A stretch of 64,000 nt of DNA, taken from contig JAZNUB010000041.1 in NCBI GenBank assembly GCA_045592105.1, positions 20,517-84,516 on the forward strand, read 5' to 3'. The notes beneath the pieces were generated by a model. It did not search any database, was not told the DNA's origin, and worked only from the letters and a program-made list of their open reading frames with translations. A program made the translations under genes and the position numbers. This document shows, piece by piece, positions 18,376 through 25,790 of the stretch. Origin of the DNA: Eubacteriales bacterium (lineage in GTDB: Bacteria; Bacillota; Clostridia; Oscillospirales; CAG-382). Each line of letters opens with the position of its first letter. Positions within the stretch are counted from its first letter, which is position 1.

Positions 18376-19684
18376 ACAGTTCAAGTTCATGTTCTTCCAT
18401 AAAAAGACTGGGCGATAAAAGAAAAGCATTTTCAAAAATACCCCCAACAGATATAATTAACCCATAGTTTGTATTTCTTATAGACATAGGTTGAGTTAAT
18501 GCTAATTCGGCAACTCTACGAGTTAATACTGGATCGGGTCGCTTTGAAATAGGATCTACCAATTCTAGACCAGCGGCCATTCCGCAGCAATCAACGCGTC
18601 CAATGATGGAATAATCCGCTTTTAGCTGTGTTATTATTTCGTTAAATACATGGGATTTTCTTGCCACCTGATTCTGCAGGCTTTCTGAAGCCGTAAGTTC
18701 CATCGCTGTGATTCCTAGAGACATTGCAATTGGGTTCCCTGAAAAGGTAGAGTGAGAAGAACCACATGGCCATTGATCGGGGGATATTATTTCTTCGCGT
18801 GCCCATACACCAGACAGAGGCCATAATCCATTGGTTATCGATTTACCAAATGTAAACATATCTGGAGTTACGTTATAGTTTTCAAATGCCCACATTTTCC
18901 CTGTTCGAAAAAAACCCATTTGAATTTCATCGAAAACAAGATAAATACGGTGTTTATTTAGTAACGCTTTTAACTCACCAAAGTATTCCTTTGGGGGCAT
19001 AACATATCCACAGCGTCCGAGGAGCGGTTCTGCAAAAAAGGCTCTATATTCGCTAATCTCATTTTGGGGTTGAAATACGCCATAGTACTCCGATTCAAAC
19101 ACACGTTCGATCTGCTTGATGCAAAATAAATTGCAAGAAGTGTTTATTTTTTCATATGGACATCGGATACAACATGGAAATGGAATACGATATGTATTGA
19201 TAATACTGCCAAACTGATTATGGTATCGGTTACTTGAACTTATACTAGATGCAGCCATCGTTCTGCCATGGTATGCACCTTCAAACGTAAACACATTTTT
19301 AGTTCCAGTCGATGATGAAATTATTTTTAATGCATCATCGACTGCTTGTGCTCCCCCAACTGAGAAGTGTACACGTCCTTTTACTCCATGTTTCTGTTCC
19401 ATATAGGAACATATCTTTTCGGCAAGTATGACTTGAGAGTCGCACATATACTCTCCAGATAAACTTGGAAGTTGTTTCATCTGTCGCACTAAAGCTTCTT
19501 CAAATAAGGGATTTCGATATCCAAAGTTCGCTGCACTATTATACATCTGCATATCAAGATATTTCGTTCCGCTATTATCGAACAAAAAACAACCTTCGCC
19601 CTTACTGAAGTACTTCTTAGGTTGGTGTCGAGCGCTAGTATCGCCCTGAGAACAATACTTTTGCTCCGTTTCTTGAATATTCAT
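18329..19684 (-). CDS. class III (omega-type) PLP aminotransferase
   Basis: YLVFDEIQMGFFRTGKMWAFE and FTFGKSITNG (PLP lysine) motifs. Strong RBS AAAGAGGGG. 47-nt convergent overlap with the SIR2-STAND gene. Confidence 0.8.
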   Translation of the reverse strand: MNIQETEQKYCSQGDTSARHQPKKYFSKGEGCFLFDNSGTKYLDMQMYNSAANFGYRNPLFEEALVRQMKQLPSLSGEYMCDSQVILAEKICSYMEQKHGVKGRVHFSVGGAQAVDDALKIISSSTGTKNVFTFEGAYHGRTMAASSISSSNRYHNQFGSIINTYRIPFPCCIRCPYEKINTSCNLFCIKQIERVFESEYYGVFQPQNEISEYRAFFAEPLLGRCGYVMPPKEYFGELKALLNKHRIYLVFDEIQMGFFRTGKMWAFENYNVTPDMFTFGKSITNGLWPLSGVWAREEIISPDQWPCGSSHSTFSGNPIAMSLGITAMELTASESLQNQVARKSHVFNEIITQLKADYSIIGRVDCCGMAAGLELVDPISKRPDPVLTRRVAELALTQPMSIRNTNYGLIISVGGIFENAFLLSPSLFMEEHELELFNQLIRHYLNLSLKQ

Positions 19685-19729
19685 GATATTTACCCCTCTT
19701 TAACTTAATGTAGTCCAATAAAAAGATTG

Positions 19730-19788
19730 CAAATTACAGTCCCTAGCTATCATAATCTCACAATAATTAGCAGTTATTGTAGGATTAT
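19730..19788 (-). repeat. R4: 59-bp element, perfect inverted copy of R3
   Basis: Its reverse complement equals 13554-13612. Ends 45 bp upstream of the class III aminotransferase start codon. Confidence 0.95.
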
Positions 19789-19870
19789 TGCGGATTTAAA
19801 AGGATTTGCACATTTTTTCAGCGTAAAAACAAAACGTATAAAGAAAAGACCTGTAATCGCAATTGATTAA

Positions 19871-19927
19871 TCCCCTTAGAGCAATCTTGAAACATTTTTG
19901 TTGTTTCAAGTGTCTACTCTAAGGGGA
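19871..19927. other. long nested hairpin at a module boundary
   Basis: Outer stem tccccttagag (19871-19881) pairs with ctctaagggga (19917-19927). Inner stem cttgaaaca (19886-19894) pairs with tgtttcaag (19902-19910). No flanking T run. Confidence 0.7.
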
Positions 19928-19969
19928 TCATATCAAACACAGCAATTTCATTTTTATGTGCAAAAAGCA

Positions 19970-19998
19970 TTGACACGCTACTTATCATAGTGTATAAT
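19970..19998 (+). promoter_or_regulatory. consensus sigma-70/sigA-type promoter
   Basis: TTGACA (19970-19975), 17-nt spacer, TATAAT (19993-19998), about 35 nt upstream of the ATG at 20032. Confidence 0.7.
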
Positions 19999-20031
19999 AA
20001 TTATACCAACAGATGATAGGCGGGCGATTAT

Positions 20032-20886
20032 ATGAATGAGCTAATTAAATACATTCGGGCATCGGCAAATATGAATCAGGAGCAGTTTGCTTCTGCTCTC
20101 GGTACTACGGTGCAATCTATAAACCGTTGGGAGAACGGAAAGACACTTCCCAACAATATGGCGCAAAAGCAGATATATCAGTTTTGCCTGGGCAATAATA
20201 TTAACATAAGCGATCATATCATTATGTCAAAGGAATATCCCCATTCCGATGATAAGCTGATTTTGTATCATGGATCTAAAAAGGGGTTGAAGGGAGATAT
20301 TGCCCCTGTCAGCCGTGAGGAATGTGACTTCGGGCAGGGCTTCTATATGGGTACTACAACTCTGCAGCCTTTAACTCTTGTCTGTGCCGAGTCAAAACCC
20401 AAGTTTTATACGGTGGAGCTTGATTTGACCGGTTTGAAGGTTCTCCGTGTCGGCATCGATATGGATTGGGCTATGCTGATTGCCTACTTTCGTAAGGAAA
20501 TGGAAGAAGCAAAAGGCACGGCGATCTACGAGAAATATGCGCATTTCGCAGATGGCTACGACATTATCGTAGGTTATATCGCAAATGACCGTATGTATAC
20601 CGAATTGTCAAGATTCTTTAACCGTACACTTACCGATGTGGCACTTATCAATTGTCTGTCTGCGTTGGATCTTGGTATGCAGTATGTGGCTATTACGGAA
20701 AAAGCCTGTAAGCAAATCAAGGTTGTTAAAGAGGAACAGTTGCATCTCCTTGAGCTTTCTGCATTGATTGATTTGAGTGTCGCACGCCGTAAGGAAGGTA
20801 TCGCATTGGCGGAGGATATCGAAGTCAAGTACAGACGTGAAGGAAAATTCTTTGATGAAATTTTGAGAGGTGGGTTAGATGAGTAA
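20032..20886 (+). CDS. XRE-type HTH fused to a DUF3990-like domain
   Basis: N-terminal MNQEQFASALGTTVQSINRWENGKTLP is an HTH_3 pattern. The C-terminal LILYHGSKKGL...DFGQGFYMGT pattern matches DUF3990 as I remember it. Confidence 0.65.
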   Translation: MNELIKYIRASANMNQEQFASALGTTVQSINRWENGKTLPNNMAQKQIYQFCLGNNINISDHIIMSKEYPHSDDKLILYHGSKKGLKGDIAPVSREECDFGQGFYMGTTTLQPLTLVCAESKPKFYTVELDLTGLKVLRVGIDMDWAMLIAYFRKEMEEAKGTAIYEKYAHFADGYDIIVGYIANDRMYTELSRFFNRTLTDVALINCLSALDLGMQYVAITEKACKQIKVVKEEQLHLLELSALIDLSVARRKEGIALAEDIEVKYRREGKFFDEILRGGLDE

Positions 20887-21298
20887 ATCACTGCAGCTTG
20901 CTCTTTGTGATACTCAGGGACAGCTTTTTGTGTTGTCTGCGAAAAACGGTTACGATAGTCAGGCGTTTGCCAAAGCGTTTATGACCACCGAAGTTGCCGC
21001 CGATATGGATAAGGACTTTCACCATGTTCAATGGGCAGGCAAGGAATACATTCTGTCACGCATTGAGGACGAACATTCCGAGCTACTGTCGAAAGGCGAG
21101 CCCTTCGACACAGAAACGCTGTATTGGATGGGATACATTTACCGCTATTGGAATTTCTATACAGGAGAAAGCAGTGAGAAAATATACAAACAAGCGCCTG
21201 CTAAAACAATGCAGATTGTCTATCTGATGTATCACACTATGAGTCCCGAACTTGCTATCGAAAGACTGAAAGAGTCTTATAAAGAAAAACACAGTTAA
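20879..21298 (+). CDS. DUF3791-like protein
   Basis: 139 aa with an 8-nt overlap with the preceding gene. DUF3990/DUF3791 genes are frequent neighbours in Firmicutes. The family call is from memory of that pairing, not an HMM. Confidence 0.5.
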   Translation: MSKSLQLALCDTQGQLFVLSAKNGYDSQAFAKAFMTTEVAADMDKDFHHVQWAGKEYILSRIEDEHSELLSKGEPFDTETLYWMGYIYRYWNFYTGESSEKIYKQAPAKTMQIVYLMYHTMSPELAIERLKESYKEKHS

Positions 21299-21400
21299 AT
21301 CGCTTTAAAACGTCTTCTGAAAACGAAGGCGTTTTTTTCTTGCCAAAACGGACTTCCTTTTTCATTCTGTTTACACAATCAAAAGGAAGGAGGAACCGCT

Positions 21401-21607
21401 ATGGCTAAAAGAACCGAAAATGATAAGTGTGAGGTTTATTTTGCGGCAGATATTCAGGAAAAACTCGGCATCGGTAAAACCAAAACCTACGAGTTTTTAG
21501 AAGATGTGTATATACAGAAATCTCCCTTTACGGTTTTCAAAATCGGTAAGCTCTATCGTGTGCCCAAAGCATCGTTTGATAGATGGTATTATACCGATAA
21601 CGTGTAA
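21401..21607 (+). CDS. excisionase-family / MerR-like small HTH protein
   Basis: 68 aa. ...IQEKLGIGKTKTYEFLEDV...IGKLYRVPKASFDRWY is the typical Xis-like HTH_17 pattern. GGAAGGAGG RBS. Confidence 0.7.
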   Translation: MAKRTENDKCEVYFAADIQEKLGIGKTKTYEFLEDVYIQKSPFTVFKIGKLYRVPKASFDRWYYTDNV

Positions 21608-21737
21608 ACCGCCCCCCGTTACGGGGGTACATATCGGAAGTTAAATTGCTTAAACATAGCGATTTTGCAAATTATGAACTGATTACAATCGTAAATCTCC
21701 CCAAACTATGGGATGATTTACAATTGTGCTTTTTTTA

Positions 21738-21798
21738 TCCCTAAAAACTTGTCGATTATCCCAAAGCCTTTGACACAGCGCACGGTATGTGTTAAAAT
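21738..21798 (+). promoter_or_regulatory. conserved 29-nt box (copy 1) plus promoter of the two-component operon
   Basis: tccctaaaaacttgtcgattatcccaaag is followed by TTGACA (21770-21775), 17 nt, then TAAAAT (21793-21798). The box holds two TCCC(T)AAA half-sites about 21 nt apart, the LytTR-type geometry. Confidence 0.6.
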
Positions 21799-21821
21799 TA
21801 CTTGTTAAAGGAGGGATAAAA

Positions 21822-22550
21822 GTGTTTCACGTTGGAATGTGCGATGACAATAGGGTGTTTTTGGCTTCGATAGGGCCGATAATAGAAAGGGAGTTTAAGA
21901 AAACAGTCTCTCCGAAGCTTGATATGGCTTTTACTGCTTTTGCTTCGGCAGAGGGCGTTTTACAGCACGTCAAAACAAATAAGCTTGACCTTCTATTTCT
22001 TGACATAGATATGCCCCGCATCAGCGGCTTTGAGCTTGCAAAGACACTTGGCAGGGAAAGCAAAAGCACACTAGTGGTCTTTATGTCCGCCTATGATAGC
22101 TTTATGTACGAATCCTTTGATTTTTGTCCCTTTGCCTATATCAAAAAAAGCTCCTTCGAGAAGGATTTGCAAAAGGTTGTAAGGCGAGTTAACGAGGAAA
22201 TACTGTCACCCCAAAAATATATAAGCATTATCTCCGATAACAACGAGATAGAGCTTGACGTAGGGAAGATACTATGCGTTGAAAGCGACAAAAACTATTA
22301 TATCGTCCATTTGGTTGGCGGCGGCAAATACGTTTGCCGCGGTACTCTGTCGGGTGTAGAGGAAAAGCTTTCGGACTTTGATTTTTACAAGGTACACTCT
22401 GCCTTTCTCGTTAATTTGGAGCACGCTGGCAGGATAAGCGAAGACAGATTTTTGCATTTAGGAGCTATGTGCGTACCCGTTGCGCAAAAGCGCGTGAGCG
22501 ACTTTAAAAAGGCACTTTCGGAATTTATGAGAAGAAAGGCGGGAATATAA
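21822..22550 (+). CDS. LytTR-family response regulator
   Basis: Start moved to the GTG after AGGAGG. Receiver domain (LLFLDIDMPRISGFELA) plus a C-terminal LytTR-type DNA-binding region (CVESDKNYYIVHLVGG...HSAFLVNLEH). Confidence 0.85.
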   Translation: MFHVGMCDDNRVFLASIGPIIEREFKKTVSPKLDMAFTAFASAEGVLQHVKTNKLDLLFLDIDMPRISGFELAKTLGRESKSTLVVFMSAYDSFMYESFDFCPFAYIKKSSFEKDLQKVVRRVNEEILSPQKYISIISDNNEIELDVGKILCVESDKNYYIVHLVGGGKYVCRGTLSGVEEKLSDFDFYKVHSAFLVNLEHAGRISEDRFLHLGAMCVPVAQKRVSDFKKALSEFMRRKAGI

Positions 22551-23855
22551 ATGCACAGACTTATCGAAGTTGCGGCTACCGTTACCGACGCTGTTTTTAT
22601 GGCGTGGTTTGTGCCAAGGTTTTGCGGTGTTTCCGTAAAAGATAAGCGCCGTACGCTATGTATACCCTTGGTATACTGTATCTTGCAGCTTTTAATGGAT
22701 ATCTATTTAAAAAGCTTTGATATTTTGCCTTTACTTGTGCCCATAGCTTTGTGGTTTGTATACGCCCTCTCCTTGATACCGAAACGTTACCTGCGTTCGC
22801 TTTTTTGTACGTCTTGCTTTATGATACCCCTGATGCTTACAAACACCTTGCTGTTTGCCTTCTTTTCGGTGTACTTAGACGACGTAAATGTAATTATGCC
22901 GGGTGCAAACGTGGGCATACGAACTATGTTTTTGATAATTGCAAAAATAGTGTTGTTTGTTTTCTATCGTTTGATGCTGTTCTTGTTCGGCAAAGATAAG
23001 GAGCTTGGCAGGTCAGGAGGAATATTATCCCTGGTTTGGTCTCTTGCTACTGCGGCAGGAATAGCCGTATTAATGAAAACGGCTATAAAAATAAACTACA
23101 CGGACATTAGCACCGAGGTTTTTATCGTAGTGTTTTTGCTTATGGGCATAAACGTGGCGTTCTATTATCTGCTAAGCCAAAACCAAAAGCTGGAAAAAAG
23201 CAAGTACGAGCTACAGCTTATGAAGGACAGAATAAGCTTTGAGGAAAAACGCAGTGAAGACGCCGCTATAATCTGGGAAAACATTAAAAAGGTAAGGCAT
23301 GACCTTAAAAACCATTTTACCTATTTAAGGCTACAGCTTGACGCGGCTAATTACGAGGAATGTAAACAGTATTTAGGGGAAATACAAGCTGAGGTCGACA
23401 GTATGGGCAGCCTTATAAGGTCGGGCAACTCCGCTATAGATTACCTTATAAACACAAAGCTTTCGTTGGTGAAGGGGGCGCAGATTTTTATCACGGGCGA
23501 CGTGGAAAGCTTTAGTGACGTTACAGATCTTGATATGGTTTGTATCTTAGGTAATATTTTAGATAACGCAGTAGAAGCTTTGGCTAAGGTCGAAGGGGAT
23601 AAGCGGATAGAGCTTTATTTTTCAAAGGTCAACGGGAACCGTATAATAGTATGTAAAAACACCGTGAGTGCTTCCGTGTTGGATTCTGATAAGCGGCTTA
23701 TACCTTCAAAGCAAGACACGGAGTTCCACGGCTTGGGACATAAAATTATAGAAACCACCACGGGAAAATACGGCGGCTACGTGGACTATTTTGAAGAGGA
23801 CGGAATGTTTGGCATACAAGTATCCATCCCCTCACCCACGGATAAAGACAATTAA
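22551..23855 (+). CDS. AgrC-like membrane sensor histidine kinase (GHKL)
   Basis: Six or so N-terminal TM helices. H-box VRHDLKNHF, N-box LGNILDNAVEA, G-box HGLGHKII. Start codon directly follows the regulator's stop codon. Confidence 0.85.
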   Translation: MHRLIEVAATVTDAVFMAWFVPRFCGVSVKDKRRTLCIPLVYCILQLLMDIYLKSFDILPLLVPIALWFVYALSLIPKRYLRSLFCTSCFMIPLMLTNTLLFAFFSVYLDDVNVIMPGANVGIRTMFLIIAKIVLFVFYRLMLFLFGKDKELGRSGGILSLVWSLATAAGIAVLMKTAIKINYTDISTEVFIVVFLLMGINVAFYYLLSQNQKLEKSKYELQLMKDRISFEEKRSEDAAIIWENIKKVRHDLKNHFTYLRLQLDAANYEECKQYLGEIQAEVDSMGSLIRSGNSAIDYLINTKLSLVKGAQIFITGDVESFSDVTDLDMVCILGNILDNAVEALAKVEGDKRIELYFSKVNGNRIIVCKNTVSASVLDSDKRLIPSKQDTEFHGLGHKIIETTTGKYGGYVDYFEEDGMFGIQVSIPSPTDKDN

Positions 23856-23861
23856 TATAAA

Positions 23862-23898
23862 AGCAGTGCGTGATTACAAACTCACGCACTGCTTTTGT
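23862..23898 (+). terminator. rho-independent terminator
   Basis: agcagtgcgtga (23862-23873) pairs with tcacgcactgct (23883-23894), followed by a T run. Confidence 0.8.
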
Positions 23899-23951
23899 TG
23901 TCGGGGTCCCCACGAAGTCGTTAGACTTTGTGGGGTGATTTTAGTCAATTG

Positions 23952-23988
23952 TCCCTAAAAATGTGTCGATTATCCCAAAGGGTTGAAA
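23952..23988 (+). promoter_or_regulatory. conserved 29-nt box (copy 2) plus -35-like TTGAAA
   Basis: tccctaaaaatgtgtcgattatcccaaag matches 21738-21766 at 27 of 29 positions. It has the same 2-3 nt spacing to a -35-like hexamer, upstream of the lipoprotein/ABC genes. Confidence 0.6.
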
Positions 23989-24054
23989 GTGTATTTTTCT
24001 TATTATACCATATATGTGTACCGAAAAATAGTCTTTGAAAGGTAGCTGAAGTAT

Positions 24055-24903
24055 ATGAGAAAAAGTATTTTTATATTTATATGTTTGTGCTTGGCTGCGG
24101 TTTTGGCGCTTACCTCCTGCGCTCGCATCAAAAGTGCAGTAGGCATTGACCGTATGGAAAACGCCGACGTGGGCATTATCCCCGATAATAATTCCTCGGG
24201 CACTTCTGCAAAAGATCCTCATACCGAGCAAAATCAGGTTGTGTCCGTTGGACCTACCGAGGAAATTGAAAAAAACGACAGCCCATATTTCAAAATAGGT
24301 GATCCGATGCTTATAGACCTGTCTCCTAAAGACGAAAAGGGCTCTACCATATTTCAATACACCGTTACAAATGTGGAGATTCTTACCGACCTTGACGGCA
24401 TTGACAATATAATTATGAAAATATATGAGGATGAAAACGGTAATATACAAACAAGGAATCTTGCGGATTATCTGAACGAAGATGGAAAACTTAAAGATGA
24501 TTATTTTTACGTTGTTGTGGATATAAACACAAAATACGTATCAGGCTATGATGAGGTAAGAGATGAACTGTATCACGGAAAACTGGGATACGATTGTGAG
24601 CCAGTAGCTAAGAAAGAAGTTGTTACCGAACACGAAAATGGAATTACAAGTATTAGTTATGTGTTTTTGGACGAAAACGGGAACGAGTTTCGCTATCCAG
24701 AGTATATTGGAGGCCATTCAAGCTTTTACCGCGAGGACGGTTCTAAAGACGCCAACCATATGTATTTAAAAATAGGCGAGGAAATAAATTGGCAGGTAGG
24801 CAAAATTTTAGAAAAAAGCCTTGTTAAAAAATACGGAGCGGTATTTGCCATAAACAGCTCTACAAAAGTTGAACTGCCTATTGACCTTAGCGAATACGAT
24901 TAA
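24055..24903 (+). CDS. lipoprotein, paralog 1
   Basis: MRKSIFIFICLCLAAVLALTSC lipobox. Paralogous along its whole length to the next ORF. Confidence 0.8.
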   Translation: MRKSIFIFICLCLAAVLALTSCARIKSAVGIDRMENADVGIIPDNNSSGTSAKDPHTEQNQVVSVGPTEEIEKNDSPYFKIGDPMLIDLSPKDEKGSTIFQYTVTNVEILTDLDGIDNIIMKIYEDENGNIQTRNLADYLNEDGKLKDDYFYVVVDINTKYVSGYDEVRDELYHGKLGYDCEPVAKKEVVTEHENGITSISYVFLDENGNEFRYPEYIGGHSSFYREDGSKDANHMYLKIGEEINWQVGKILEKSLVKKYGAVFAINSSTKVELPIDLSEYD

Positions 24904-24924
24904 GAAGAAAGGAAAGGCTGTAAA

Positions 24925-25776
24925 ATGAAGAAAAGCATTTTTATACTTATGTGTTTGTGCTTGGCTGCGGTTTTGGCGCTTACCTCCTGCGCTCGTATAA
25001 AAAGCGCGGTAGGCATTGATCGTATGGATAACGCCGACGTGGCTATTCTTCCTGATAATGATGATTCCAGACTCACGGTAAATGATCCCCACGCCGATGA
25101 GAATTACGAGATTTCTTACGGCAAAACAGAGGAAATTGAAAAGCCGACAGAGCCAACGGTACAGATAGGCGAGCCCCTGTTAGTTGACCATTCACCGAAA
25201 AACGAAAAGGGCTCTACAATATTTCAGTATACCGTAACTGACGTGCAAGTTCTTGACGATGTGCGCGGTATTGAAAATTTGATTATATATGATCATATAG
25301 ACGAAAACGGCATTCCCCACGAAAGAAAGCTTGATGAATTCACAGACGAAAACGGGAAGCTAAAGGACGAATACGTTTACGTTAGCGTAGATATTAACGT
25401 GAAATACATATCCGGCTTTGAAGAAACAAGGGATGAGCTGCGTTACGGTGATATCTTGTATGACTATTGGCCTTCCGGTAAGCGGGAGGTTACAACTGAA
25501 TATGAAAACGGACTTAAGCTTACAGATTGGGAATATTTTGATGAAAACGGAAATGTGTTTGTTTCCCCCAAGTATATTGGCGGAGCCGATAGCTATTGGT
25601 ATGAGGGCGCACCTAAAGAGGCAGGACACGTAGTACTTAAAATAGGTGAAGAAGCTAATTGGCAGGTGGGGCGAATTTTAGAAAAAAGTCTCGTTTTAAA
25701 GCACGGAGTAGTTTTAAAGATTGGGAGCGAAATTGGTAGTGACAAAAAGATTGAGTTGTCAATTGATTTAGGGTAA
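24925..25776 (+). CDS. lipoprotein, paralog 2
   Basis: MKKSIFILMCLCLAAVLALTSC. Shares blocks with paralog 1, such as KGSTIFQYTVT, ENGKLKD.Y.YV.VDIN.KY.SG and IGEE.NWQVG.ILEKSLV.K.G. Confidence 0.8.
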   Translation: MKKSIFILMCLCLAAVLALTSCARIKSAVGIDRMDNADVAILPDNDDSRLTVNDPHADENYEISYGKTEEIEKPTEPTVQIGEPLLVDHSPKNEKGSTIFQYTVTDVQVLDDVRGIENLIIYDHIDENGIPHERKLDEFTDENGKLKDEYVYVSVDINVKYISGFEETRDELRYGDILYDYWPSGKREVTTEYENGLKLTDWEYFDENGNVFVSPKYIGGADSYWYEGAPKEAGHVVLKIGEEANWQVGRILEKSLVLKHGVVLKIGSEIGSDKKIELSIDLG

Positions 25777-25790
25777 ACGAGGTAGTATGT

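Noticed and set aside
10007-19729. Transposase or IS element that would explain the terminal inverted repeats.
   Set aside because: Every sizeable ORF inside the two cassettes has a non-transposase assignment. No DDE, HUH or serine-recombinase motifs were seen, and no clear target-site duplications flank the repeats.
8968-19788. Integron-like reading: a tyrosine recombinase transcribed away from an array of cassettes separated by palindromic sites.
   Set aside because: The cassettes are multi-gene and contain convergent genes. The repeats are in inverted, not direct, orientation. They lack the R''-L''/L'-R' attC organisation. The 302-aa recombinase is Xer-sized, with no obvious IntI-specific insertion.
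21608-21821. Search for an AgrD-like or double-glycine propeptide ORF next to the AgrC-like kinase (also 23856-24054).
   Set aside because: Only 2-3 codon ATG...stop frames are present, with no RBS-preceded small ORF.
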